Of a stretch of 64,000 bases of DNA, positions 18,676-27,422 are shown in pieces (positions within the stretch are counted from its first letter, which is position 1; each line of letters begins with the position of its first letter). Made by a program: the position numbers and the translations under genes. Source of the stretch: a virus; IMG/VR virus record IMGVR_UViG_3300046373_000136, positions 1 through 64,000 of that record; one strand, written 5' to 3'. The notes below the pieces were generated by a model. It made no database searches and had not been told where the DNA came from. It was given only the letters and a program-made list of their open reading frames with translations.

Positions 18676-21276
18676 TTAAGCTGGACCGAGTTCGGTAGGC
18701 GCTTTGATTGGTGCGAGAGCCGGGTAGCAATATGTGAAGTCCCGGCCTGTCTGGTTGAACGGATTGCTATCTGCTGCTACATACGCAGCCTTGTCTGCCA
18801 GGTATTGTTCAGCCTTGGCAACCGCTGCTGCAAGCCGTGGATGAGCCACTTCAGGAAAGTAATCCCGGCGTGCAAACAAATATTGCAAAGGTTGATAGAT
18901 GTTAACACCACGATCACCATTCATGACAGCACCACCAGCGTCCCGAATGAGATCGGAAGCATTACCTGTTGGGTTTTCCGACATGTACTGTGCCCAGCTT
19001 GATGGAATACGGCTGGTATAACCAAACACGTTCGGATCAACACCCTGATTCATCGGTGTATCGAGGATGTAGTTGATGATGAAGTGATCCATGTTGGCCA
19101 TGTGATAGTCCAGCATCTTGACAGCCATACCGCTGCGAGCACGCAGTGCAGACCACAGACCGAACTGCTTCATGAGCACCATCACGTGTGCCATGTAGTA
19201 GCCCAGACCGGTACCTTGCATCGCCCAGCCGTATTGGCTCATCACGATAGGCAGACCCAGGTTGCGCAAGCCTTCTGCAAAGTGACCAGTCTCACCGTCT
19301 TCCACTACAGGCTTGTAGATGAACTGGTACATACCTTCGAAGTACTTCAGGAATTGTTCTTCGATCTCTGCCTTGGTGAAACCCAGCGGGTGATCGGAGG
19401 CGACTTTCCAAGCCATTGTCCAGTGCATCCAGCGCCATGCCATGTCACGGACCATGTATTCACCGCGCATGTAATGACCAGGATCACCAGTCATCATGAC
19501 CGAGGTAATCACGTCGAACTTGCTACCGATAGCATGCATTGGCGAGCTGGACAGCAAAGCAATCCATGCCGCATTGGTGTAGCTGTGCAGCGAATCACGG
19601 CCCCAACCACCCCACCGATACAAATTTTCCTTGTCGAAGTGTTCAGAGTTTTCACCACTGCGCATGTCCGACTTGACATAGATACCATTAGGATCAGCAG
19701 GGTTTTCTACGCCGGCCGAGTAGTAGCCGAACAGTTGTTGAATGCTGCCATCCAGCAGTTTCTTATTTGGCCGCAGGGTCATACCCTTAACATCCGACAC
19801 CCAGTGGTTTGCATGGTTGAAGTAGCCCATGGAATAGCCATTGAACATGTCCTTGATCGGCACGTTGTCTTGGATACGCACATAGTTTGGATTGTCAGCC
19901 CACAGGGTAACCACTGATGGCATGGTCGAACGGTCATGACGTGGACCACCAGGACCGGTGTACCAGTTGTGCAGCGAGTAAGAACCTGGCTCGTAGTCCC
20001 AGCCTTTGGCCCAACCGGAATAACCAACTGATCCACCGTCTTTGTTTAAGTCCTGATAGCTCATGTACGGGTCAGCCGGCGATGGACCATAGCCTGCACG
20101 TGGTTGTGGCCAGCGCGGTGCACAGTAGATGTTGGCCAAGCCATTGACGCTGTTACCTTGGTAACCACCTGTGATGTTCGGTTCCACACCAATCGAGCTG
20201 GTATAGGCTTTGCCGATGGATGGACGGACCATGTTCGGGTTCATGCCGGCGTAAAACTTCGGCAGGTTGATCGAACGTTTTGGTTCCGTGTTCTGCCAAG
20301 GCAGCATCATGCCGCAGTTGGTGAATGGACGCAGTGGCTTTGTGCCAGTGCCATCGTTATAGAAGCTCTGTTGCAGCGCAGGATCATTGATCGCCAAGCC
20401 GTCATGCATTTCAAAGACATGTAGGACGTTACCGGCTGCATTCTTCAATATGCCCTTGAAAGGCTTCGGCCGGGTGACATGGTTGGCACGATCATAGGTA
20501 TCCGCAAACGGATAGGTAGTCCAGGTACCCCGGTGAGCCATGCAGCCAAGCACCTGATACAGCGGTTCCGTGTTGGCTACCGTGTTGCTCTTGTCAGCTA
20601 CCAGCATGGTCATACCGATTTCAAATTCCCCATGCATGATCGACTGGTTCGACTGGTAGACACCGATGTCACCATTGGCCAATGCTACTTCCCGGTCTTC
20701 ATACACGAAGTCCTTGGCACGAGTATTGAAGGCCAACGTACCAGCAAGCACCGGTGCAACAGGCACTTCCCAGTTCCAGATTTCCAACGTTGCCGGTGCA
20801 TTGGCAGTTAGTGCTGGTACAGCCGGACCTACCCCAGTAGGTAGGTTGTCACGGAAGGCAATTGCAAAGTTAGCTGCCAGTGCCAGGCCATTGTTTGAAG
20901 TGAAATTGACGTTAGTCGTGAAGTCAAAATTACCCGAACCAAGCAGGCCAATCGAGCCTTCAATCCAGCGGCCATTGCCTTCGATACGTAGGACCGATTT
21001 GCCTGTGGACAGGTCAGCCGAGCTTTGTACCAGGGTACCCTTGAGCTTACCGAACTTGCGGATACGTCCGGCAACCACGGTCAGTGCACCTGTGGCACCC
21101 ACATTGCGGCACTCCACACCAGTGGCCCATGGATCAGGTGCACTGGCATTTGCATCACGCTTGATCCGGACACGTTTATTCGGCCCGAGGGCCGTATCCA
21201 GAATCGTTGCCGCTTGCGTCATGGATGCCGCAGCATCCAATGCAGCACGGGTAACTTCATCGCATTTGAAAGTCAT
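18676..21276 (-). CDS. 866-aa tail-associated protein of unknown function (possible depolymerase)
   Basis: Lies within the tail module; aromatic-rich (W/Y/H) with a helical C-terminal half; SD AAGGA. Confidence 0.55.
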   Translation of the reverse strand: MTFKCDEVTRAALDAAASMTQAATILDTALGPNKRVRIKRDANASAPDPWATGVECRNVGATGALTVVAGRIRKFGKLKGTLVQSSADLSTGKSVLRIEGNGRWIEGSIGLLGSGNFDFTTNVNFTSNNGLALAANFAIAFRDNLPTGVGPAVPALTANAPATLEIWNWEVPVAPVLAGTLAFNTRAKDFVYEDREVALANGDIGVYQSNQSIMHGEFEIGMTMLVADKSNTVANTEPLYQVLGCMAHRGTWTTYPFADTYDRANHVTRPKPFKGILKNAAGNVLHVFEMHDGLAINDPALQQSFYNDGTGTKPLRPFTNCGMMLPWQNTEPKRSINLPKFYAGMNPNMVRPSIGKAYTSSIGVEPNITGGYQGNSVNGLANIYCAPRWPQPRAGYGPSPADPYMSYQDLNKDGGSVGYSGWAKGWDYEPGSYSLHNWYTGPGGPRHDRSTMPSVVTLWADNPNYVRIQDNVPIKDMFNGYSMGYFNHANHWVSDVKGMTLRPNKKLLDGSIQQLFGYYSAGVENPADPNGIYVKSDMRSGENSEHFDKENLYRWGGWGRDSLHSYTNAAWIALLSSSPMHAIGSKFDVITSVMMTGDPGHYMRGEYMVRDMAWRWMHWTMAWKVASDHPLGFTKAEIEEQFLKYFEGMYQFIYKPVVEDGETGHFAEGLRNLGLPIVMSQYGWAMQGTGLGYYMAHVMVLMKQFGLWSALRARSGMAVKMLDYHMANMDHFIINYILDTPMNQGVDPNVFGYTSRIPSSWAQYMSENPTGNASDLIRDAGGAVMNGDRGVNIYQPLQYLFARRDYFPEVAHPRLAAAVAKAEQYLADKAAYVAADSNPFNQTGRDFTYCYPALAPIKAPTELGPA

Positions 21277-21289
21277 CTTGTTTCCTTGA

Positions 21290-23323
21290 TTAAGCAGCAG
21301 GAGTCATTGGAACATTGGCAGGTTTGCCAACAGGAGCAATTGGGCCAAGCGGTCCACCGGTATAGGTGAAGATTGGCGGTACACCAGGCATGTGATAGAT
21401 ACCGTTGGTCATGACCATACCGTAGTAGTTCGGATCACCTGCTGTCAGCGGCGTGGTGACATTTTTTGCCAGGGTACCGGCACCCACGAAATCGCAGTCA
21501 ACAAAGTGCATCTGCACACTGGTGTCCTTGGAGGCCACGAACGAGGTATCACGTGCTGCATCAACATCGTTGATAAAGCGATCATTGGTGAACAGGTATT
21601 CCCGTGGACGGGTACCATCGATCATCTCGCCATTGGCACTTGGATTGGTCGTGACACCGAACAGGTTACCGATAGCCACCAGGTTGTTCTGCACCGCATT
21701 CGATTTCTTGTGATAGATGTTGCCAGTCGAACGGCAGATGCCACCGTTTGGCAAATCCAGTTCACGTGCATCGATTGCACCTTCCATCAAGGAGTTCTTG
21801 ATGACCACCACGGCACAGCGAGCCTTCACATCATGGCCCGTAACCGAGTTCACGATGGACGATTGCTCGATGGTCAAGGTTTGGTTGTTATGGCCGGCGT
21901 AGATGTTGTGGACATAACCAGTGGAGTTGTTGCCTTGGTTCGCATTGTTGTTCGGCGTACCGACACCGTTACCATCCAGTAGACAGTTACGGATCGTCAG
22001 TGGGGTATTGGTTGCATTGTCCGTCAAGATACCGTTGTTGCAATCCGTGATGTCCACGTTTTGTATCAACAGAGCAGCTTGGCCATTCTGACCAATACCG
22101 CGGCAGTCACCGTCATCATTGCGGCCACCGGTAATACGCAGATCACGTATTTCCATGAACAGACCGGCACCACCATTGAAACCTGCACCACCTTCAGCAC
22201 CCAGGACTTGCTTGCCGAACGATGGACGGTTGGCACCACGTGGTGGGCCTTCCGAATAGTCGGTCTTCATCATCTGAAGCAGAGGACGCAGTTCCGTGGT
22301 GCCATTGGTCAGCACGTCACCAGCAATGGTCACATGCAGTCCGGCTTCACTGAAGATGGTACCGGTGGCTTCGGCTGCTTTACCACTACGAGTAATGCTC
22401 ACCGTGTCATTGTTGACCACGTGGTTGAAGGCACCTGTACCGGCTGCATTGCCCAGCATGCCATAGCGTGTTGCACCGATACGTGCAATCGGGCTGATCT
22501 TACCGAAGCCGGCCAAACTGGTTTTGACTGGAGCTACTTGCGTAATCCAGGTAACCGAACCATCCGTTTCATAGGTAGGCGTCAGTGTGAACAGGTTCAT
22601 GCCTCCGACGACTGAGGACAGGCCAGGAGGCTGTTGATCATCAAAGGCATACGATGGACCCCAGTTACCCATAGGGAAAGGTCCAAGTGGCCCCTGGATG
22701 ACTACCAGCGTAGGCTTGGTATCACCAACGAAGTTGACAGGATCGAGCACCTTGACATTGGCTTGGTTCAGCACCAGACGGAAGGACTTGCCCACCGCAC
22801 CATCAAGGGTAACTTCCCCGTTGACCGGTGTAACCAGCACTTCATTCATGACACCACTACCACCCGAGCCGCCAGCACCCATCAGATCAGGCAACCAGCC
22901 GACTGCAAAGTTACCGGAGCCAATCTTCTTGAGGGCATAGCCGAGTGCCCCACCAGGAGGCAGCAAACGATTCAGGATGGCCTGGATCGTGGCATCAGAG
23001 ATCACATCCACCGGTGTACCGCCTACACCCAGTGCAGCAAACAGATTATGTTCTGTCAGCACCCAGGTTGTGCGATAGGGGTCATAGGTGAAGATCGCAA
23101 ACAGACCAGCCTTACCACCCATGGTGAAAGAGTTGGCCACATTACCATTGACGAAGAACTTGTGCGTCGAAGTCAGCGTGTAGTCTTTAGCATCTTCGGT
23201 ATAGAAGTGCACGTTAAACGCATTGTCTGGTGGCGTGAAGTCGAGGTTAGCCCCCGTCATGTCACCGCGCAACGGGAACTTCCTGTTGCGATCAGCAAGC
23301 GTGATGATCTTGGTATTAGCCAT
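21290..23323 (-). CDS. tailspike with right-handed beta-helix (pectate-lyase-like)
   Basis: Repeating beta-coil motifs IRDLRITG / IQNVDITDCNNGILT / IRNCLLDGNG / HNIY / GHDVKAR; contains LPPGGALGYALKK linker. Confidence 0.75.
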   Translation of the reverse strand: MANTKIITLADRNRKFPLRGDMTGANLDFTPPDNAFNVHFYTEDAKDYTLTSTHKFFVNGNVANSFTMGGKAGLFAIFTYDPYRTTWVLTEHNLFAALGVGGTPVDVISDATIQAILNRLLPPGGALGYALKKIGSGNFAVGWLPDLMGAGGSGGSGVMNEVLVTPVNGEVTLDGAVGKSFRLVLNQANVKVLDPVNFVGDTKPTLVVIQGPLGPFPMGNWGPSYAFDDQQPPGLSSVVGGMNLFTLTPTYETDGSVTWITQVAPVKTSLAGFGKISPIARIGATRYGMLGNAAGTGAFNHVVNNDTVSITRSGKAAEATGTIFSEAGLHVTIAGDVLTNGTTELRPLLQMMKTDYSEGPPRGANRPSFGKQVLGAEGGAGFNGGAGLFMEIRDLRITGGRNDDGDCRGIGQNGQAALLIQNVDITDCNNGILTDNATNTPLTIRNCLLDGNGVGTPNNNANQGNNSTGYVHNIYAGHNNQTLTIEQSSIVNSVTGHDVKARCAVVVIKNSLMEGAIDARELDLPNGGICRSTGNIYHKKSNAVQNNLVAIGNLFGVTTNPSANGEMIDGTRPREYLFTNDRFINDVDAARDTSFVASKDTSVQMHFVDCDFVGAGTLAKNVTTPLTAGDPNYYGMVMTNGIYHMPGVPPIFTYTGGPLGPIAPVGKPANVPMTPAA

Positions 23324-23324
23324 A

Positions 23325-24344
23325 TTAAACACCGTCCAGTGAACGTGGGATGATCAACGTGATCGGACCCGGATTGAAACCGTCACCAATTGCCGTTGCC
23401 ACATTGAAGGCAGCAGGCAAAGTGATCGTGCGAGCAAAGTTGGTACCACCAGAAATTTCCATGGTCCAGACACCCGTGGCAGGATCAGCCACCACAATAG
23501 GTGAGACCGTAGTCATGTTGACGAGCACCACAGTGATGTCGATACCAGAAGTGCTCTGCGTCATGGAGCCGGCATAGTCAGCCGTCAGGATGACCACACC
23601 ATCTTTCTTCAACTTGAGCTTTTGCGCTGTACCGAAGGCCGTGATGATTGCGTTGGCACCAGCAACCCGTTTAGCTCCGACTACCGCAGCAGCCACCGCA
23701 GCCTGATATGCCGTGAAGCTCGTGGTATCAAATACCGTCTGTGGTGTTGGCGTTGGATCAACCGGAGGAATAACCACACCACCGGATTCCCAGGCATAAG
23801 CACCTTGGATCGAGTCCGTGTTGTTGACGATGGTCGTGTTATTGATCGTCGTGCCGCCTCCGGTACCGGTACCAGAACCATTCGGGATAGGTACCCAGCG
23901 ATAGGCACCAGCCCGATAGGCCAGCATCGTTTCATCCGTAGCACCAGGAGGCAGCGTGGATTCCGTTGCAGGACCGGGAGGTCCAGGCGGCAGGAAGAAA
24001 CGCAGTTTGGTATGACCCACAGTCCCTACATCAACCACTGCCGGAGCCTGACCGTAGGGAATGGCCACAGCTTCTACTGCTTCGACCGAACCAATACCAT
24101 CAAGTCCTTTTGGACCTGTTGGAATAAAGAAGTTGAATCTTTGGGCAGTATCCGTGGCATCCGGGTCTTCTTCGACACGGGCATTGCTACCGGCCGGCAG
24201 AGTAGTCGTGGAACCTGCATGCACTGTCAGCTTCGGATACTGGACCAGGCCCAATGCATCTCGAAGCAGTTGCTTTTCTTGTTCGGTAATCTGGCGACCG
24301 TTGATGGTCACCCCCTTATTACCGGGTGGTTCATAGTTATTCAT
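23325..24344 (-). CDS. tail fibre / adaptor with short collagen-like segments
   Basis: FNFFIPTGPKGLDG and LRFFLPPGPPGP; start ATG 24344 after SD GGAG. Confidence 0.65.
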   Translation of the reverse strand: MNNYEPPGNKGVTINGRQITEQEKQLLRDALGLVQYPKLTVHAGSTTTLPAGSNARVEEDPDATDTAQRFNFFIPTGPKGLDGIGSVEAVEAVAIPYGQAPAVVDVGTVGHTKLRFFLPPGPPGPATESTLPPGATDETMLAYRAGAYRWVPIPNGSGTGTGGGTTINNTTIVNNTDSIQGAYAWESGGVVIPPVDPTPTPQTVFDTTSFTAYQAAVAAAVVGAKRVAGANAIITAFGTAQKLKLKKDGVVILTADYAGSMTQSTSGIDITVVLVNMTTVSPIVVADPATGVWTMEISGGTNFARTITLPAAFNVATAIGDGFNPGPITLIIPRSLDGV

Positions 24345-24438
24345 CTTTAACTCCAATGACAGGTGGTGAGGGCTTGTGCTGTAGCGGCATCAAGGCTTGC
24401 CACCATTGAGCCAACATGTAAAACGCGATAGGGTTCAT
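24337..24438 (-). CDS. small hypothetical peptide (33 aa)
   Basis: ATGA overlap with the HNH stop; MNPIAFYMLAQWWQALMP... Confidence 0.4.
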   Translation of the reverse strand: MNPIAFYMLAQWWQALMPLQHKPSPPVIGVKDE

Positions 24439-24758
24439 TTGCGTGGGCCTTTGTAATAACGCCAGCATTGGGCTTCTTGTAAGTCCTTCAGAGCTGCTTC
24501 TGTTTTGGTCATCCACCACAGGTTTTCAGGAACATCCTTGCCACCACAGCGAAGGGCTTCCAGATGGTCCATGATCCATCCAGGACAAGCACCAGTGAAC
24601 TTCTTGGTTGATGGGCAGGCGTTGTACTTCCTGAACTCCTTGGGAGCCGCAGTGCCGCGCAGCGTAGCTGCTCCGGCACAAGCGGCATGCCATGTAATGA
24701 AAATCACCACCCAGAGAGTGATGACTGTTCGAGCAATCCGGTAGACCACAGGGTTCAT
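24435..24758 (-). CDS. HNH-family nuclease with N-terminal signal peptide / TM
   Basis: Hydrophobic N-terminus ending ACAGA, then FRKYNACPSTKKFTGACPGWIMDHLEALRCGGKDVPENLWW. Confidence 0.75.
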   Translation of the reverse strand: MNPVVYRIARTVITLWVVIFITWHAACAGAATLRGTAAPKEFRKYNACPSTKKFTGACPGWIMDHLEALRCGGKDVPENLWWMTKTEAALKDLQEAQCWRYYKGPRK

Positions 24759-25231
24759 GCTTCATGTACTCCTGAGGTGGTACCACCAGCCGTGATTGTG
24801 ATCACCCGATTAGCCGACTTCACCTGACGACGAGTCGATACGTGAACCCATCCAGCAGCACCCTTCTCCGGGTACTCGTTGATGAGCTGGCCAATCTTCA
24901 GCTCGTCCACATAACGGGACAGTTCTTTGGCGATTTCGTATGGTGTGCCGAAGGCAGGAGCACGGAAGTCCACTGCACAGGCAACTGCATGATCCGAATT
25001 GGCAGCACCACCTACAGCCTTGTTCAGACGGGCAGAACGCCAGCCGGACGTGATCGTGATAGGCACATCACGTCCCTTAATGGCTGACAGATGGTCCCGA
25101 ATCCACTGCATCATTTCCAGGGTATTCAGGGCTGTATCTTCCAGTTGATCCGGCAACGAGTTATCGATGCCCATGGATTTGGCGGTAGTAGAAGTGACAA
25201 ATTCAGACAGAGAAAAATTACGCAGCATCAT
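24755..25231 (-). CDS. endolysin, peptidase M15A (D-Ala-D-Ala carboxypeptidase-like)
   Basis: NFSLSEF..S.TA...GIDN, ITSGWRSARLNKAVGG...SDH...AVD...QLINEY...WVHVS; start after SD AAGGGAG. Confidence 0.88.
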   Translation of the reverse strand: MMLRNFSLSEFVTSTTAKSMGIDNSLPDQLEDTALNTLEMMQWIRDHLSAIKGRDVPITITSGWRSARLNKAVGGAANSDHAVACAVDFRAPAFGTPYEIAKELSRYVDELKIGQLINEYPEKGAAGWVHVSTRRQVKSANRVITITAGGTTSGVHEA

Positions 25232-25613
25232 CGCTCCCTTTAATGAAGGCGGCTTCTTCCGCATCTTCAGCAAGCTGTTGCTTCTTGATGCGTGGTTGTT
25301 CATTGATCGTGTGCTTGAATAGCACGTACAGCGTCTTGTAGAACTCCGCACCAAACACCAATGTCAAGCCAAGCTGCGATAGCACTGGGATAGGGATATC
25401 CCCGAACTTGACCATCAAGTAAAACCACCAGCCACCTGTCAGGAAGTAGCCGGTGATCTTGATGCGCCGCATTGCTTCACCGATAAAGGTCTCCGGAATA
25501 TCCGGGGTGCGAAGGATGGCGAAATGAGTGAAACCGCACAACAGGATGATGGCGGTCAGGAACCAATCAGCGACCAGGTTCGTGATCAGCATGAGTGAGT
25601 AAGGAGATGTCAT
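25218..25613 (-). CDS. multi-pass membrane protein of the lysis cassette
   Basis: About 3 hydrophobic helices; located between holin and endolysin. Confidence 0.6.
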   Translation of the reverse strand: MTSPYSLMLITNLVADWFLTAIILLCGFTHFAILRTPDIPETFIGEAMRRIKITGYFLTGGWWFYLMVKFGDIPIPVLSQLGLTLVFGAEFYKTLYVLFKHTINEQPRIKKQQLAEDAEEAAFIKGSDDAA

Positions 25614-25999
25614 TTATTAGGTTCCAAGTCGTCTTTAGCCGGAGGTGGCTGAACTTGTGCTGACTGCCCACGGTATGCGGCCAGCAGACGGGAGAGAAAT
25701 CCCAGAGGGTCTTTACCAATCAAGGCACCCAGGCTCAGTAAGCCGAGCAGGATGTCATCAGCGATGAATGCACAGACACCGACGATGACGCCTTTGGTGG
25801 TCACCGTTAGGCCAGCATCGGTGATGCCCCAGGACACCAGGATGGCAACGAATACGGACGCGACAACACCACGGAAAAAGGCTCCGAAGGAGCCATGTTT
25901 CTGTTGGATGATGCCGCGTGCGATGCCTACGAATAGGCCCAGGATTCCCGAGACATAAACGTAAGCAAGCAGAGTGTTCCAGTCGTCTTTCTCATGCAT
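25610..25999 (-). CDS. holin
   Basis: 3 TM segments with G-rich GILGLFVG / GVVASVFVA / GVIVGVCAF and a charged tail; upstream of endolysin. Confidence 0.7.
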   Translation of the reverse strand: MHEKDDWNTLLAYVYVSGILGLFVGIARGIIQQKHGSFGAFFRGVVASVFVAILVSWGITDAGLTVTTKGVIVGVCAFIADDILLGLLSLGALIGKDPLGFLSRLLAAYRGQSAQVQPPPAKDDLEPNK

Positions 26000-26430
26000 T
26001 AGAGGCTCGCAGTTTTGGCTTCGAGCGCAGCGATCCGAGGTAGCAGAACGGTGGTGAGCTGGTTGTAAGCAGCCAGCACAGCGACCTTGGCATCGATCAG
26101 CGCAGCCAGTGATGCGTCGTTCTTCAGACGCAGATGGGTACCCAGATCAACGAACAGGACTTCCGCTGCCAATGGCAGGGTTGATGCAGGAACGAAGAAT
26201 TTGAATGCCACGGGATAGTCATCACCTTTGTGGCTCTTGGTGATGAAATACGGGTTCACGGTAGCGATCAGGACCACGGAGGCTTCACCATTGCTATCAG
26301 TGACGAACTCCACAGGCTTGGGCTGCTCACCTTGAACGACAGAATCCTGGTAACCGGGTTCGATACGGAACCACGTACCAGTGATGGGCACACCTTCAGG
26401 GGTGCGCAATTTGAATTGCACGGTAGTCAT
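25999..26430 (-). CDS. hypothetical protein (possible tail anchor fragment), first gene of the block
   Basis: 143 aa, beta-rich N-terminus (VTDSNGEASVVL) and C-terminal RIAALEAK coiled coil; TAATG coupling to holin. Confidence 0.6.
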   Translation of the reverse strand: MTTVQFKLRTPEGVPITGTWFRIEPGYQDSVVQGEQPKPVEFVTDSNGEASVVLIATVNPYFITKSHKGDDYPVAFKFFVPASTLPLAAEVLFVDLGTHLRLKNDASLAALIDAKVAVLAAYNQLTTVLLPRIAALEAKTASL

Positions 26431-26561
26431 TTAACGGGCCTCGCCAGTAATTAGTAGTTAATGGCATGCAGTAACCACCAAGGTGGAATGGCTGTATTGG
26501 CCCGTTATTGCGCTATCGTATCATTACTTTTATCAATATTTATCCCTAGAAAGGAATTTGT

Positions 26562-27299
26562 ATGCAAGCAACTTACGTAAACCACTACCTCACTGATCGA
26601 GATATTGCTAATTTTGCAAGACAATCGTTCGCCACTGTTGCTGATCAGTTCACCGAACAGCAGAACAACAACCTGATTCGTTTCCTGGCCCGAGGCATGA
26701 CATCGGGTGATTGGGAAAAGACGATTGGGCAGATGCATACCCTTCCAAGTGAAAAGGCTGCTCACAATCTGGCGGTATACATGCGGTCTATCCCTGAACA
26801 CTGGGTACCGTTCGGTCATCCACAGATCACCTTGCGCATGAAAGCCCCTGTACCAATTCGGACACAGTGCTTCAAGCACAAGATCGGCTTCGTGGAGTCG
26901 GAGGAATCCCGCCGCTACATCAAGTCAACGCCGGAGCTATATATCCCCGATGCCTTCCGCTCCGCTGCGGCATCGGTGAAACAAGGATCAGGGGATGAAC
27001 ACCCACACAGTGAAGGTTGGAAAACCCTATATATCGCTATGTGTGAATCAGCTATTGGCGTCTATGGAGACATGTTGGCTGATGGTGTTTGCCCAGAACA
27101 GGCACGTTTCGTCCTTCCGCAAGGTACCGAAGTCAACTGGGTGTGGACAGGCTCCTTGTACGCATTTGCACAGGCATACAACAAGCGTTCGGATTCCCAT
27201 GCTCAAAAGGAAGTTCAGGGTTTGTTTGCGGAAATAGACGCTATAATTTCTCCCCTGTATCCGGTTGCCTGGGCAGCATTAACCCGAGGCGAATACTAA
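26562..27299 (+). CDS. thyX: flavin-dependent thymidylate synthase
   Basis: HWVPFGH, PIRTQCFKHK, SEESRRY, PEQARFVLPQ, HAQKE. Confidence 0.93.
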   Translation: MQATYVNHYLTDRDIANFARQSFATVADQFTEQQNNNLIRFLARGMTSGDWEKTIGQMHTLPSEKAAHNLAVYMRSIPEHWVPFGHPQITLRMKAPVPIRTQCFKHKIGFVESEESRRYIKSTPELYIPDAFRSAAASVKQGSGDEHPHSEGWKTLYIAMCESAIGVYGDMLADGVCPEQARFVLPQGTEVNWVWTGSLYAFAQAYNKRSDSHAQKEVQGLFAEIDAIISPLYPVAWAALTRGEY

Positions 27300-27308
27300 G
27301 AAGAACGA

Positions 27309-27327
27309 GGCACCCTCCGGGTGCTTT
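27309..27327 (+). terminator. hairpin after thyX (terminator or hairpin promoter)
   Basis: GCACCC-TCC-GGGTGC followed by TTT. Confidence 0.5.
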
Positions 27328-27357
27328 AGCGAAGCAATACCCCTGTTGTATATCGTG

Positions 27358-27409
27358 AGCCAGTTCTTTCGTTGTTCCTGGGAAAGACTGGCTTTTTTGC
27401 CCCCAGGAA
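27358..27409 (+). promoter_or_regulatory. structured nrdJ leader (hairpin + U6 with pseudoknot potential)
   Basis: 12-bp stem AGCCAG(T)TCTTTC/GAAAGACTGGCT followed by a T run; loop TTCCTGG is complementary to CCAGGAA at 27403-27409. Confidence 0.5.
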
Positions 27410-27422
27410 ATGAAAGATAAGA

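Noticed and set aside
26431-26561. Specific sigma70 promoter calls in the divergent AT-rich gap
   Set aside because: Promoters are likely here, but the -35/-10 matches are too weak to place.
27300-27422. Canonical cobalamin riboswitch or NrdR box before nrdJ
   Set aside because: The gap is short and lacks a recognisable B12 box; no convincing NrdR palindrome.
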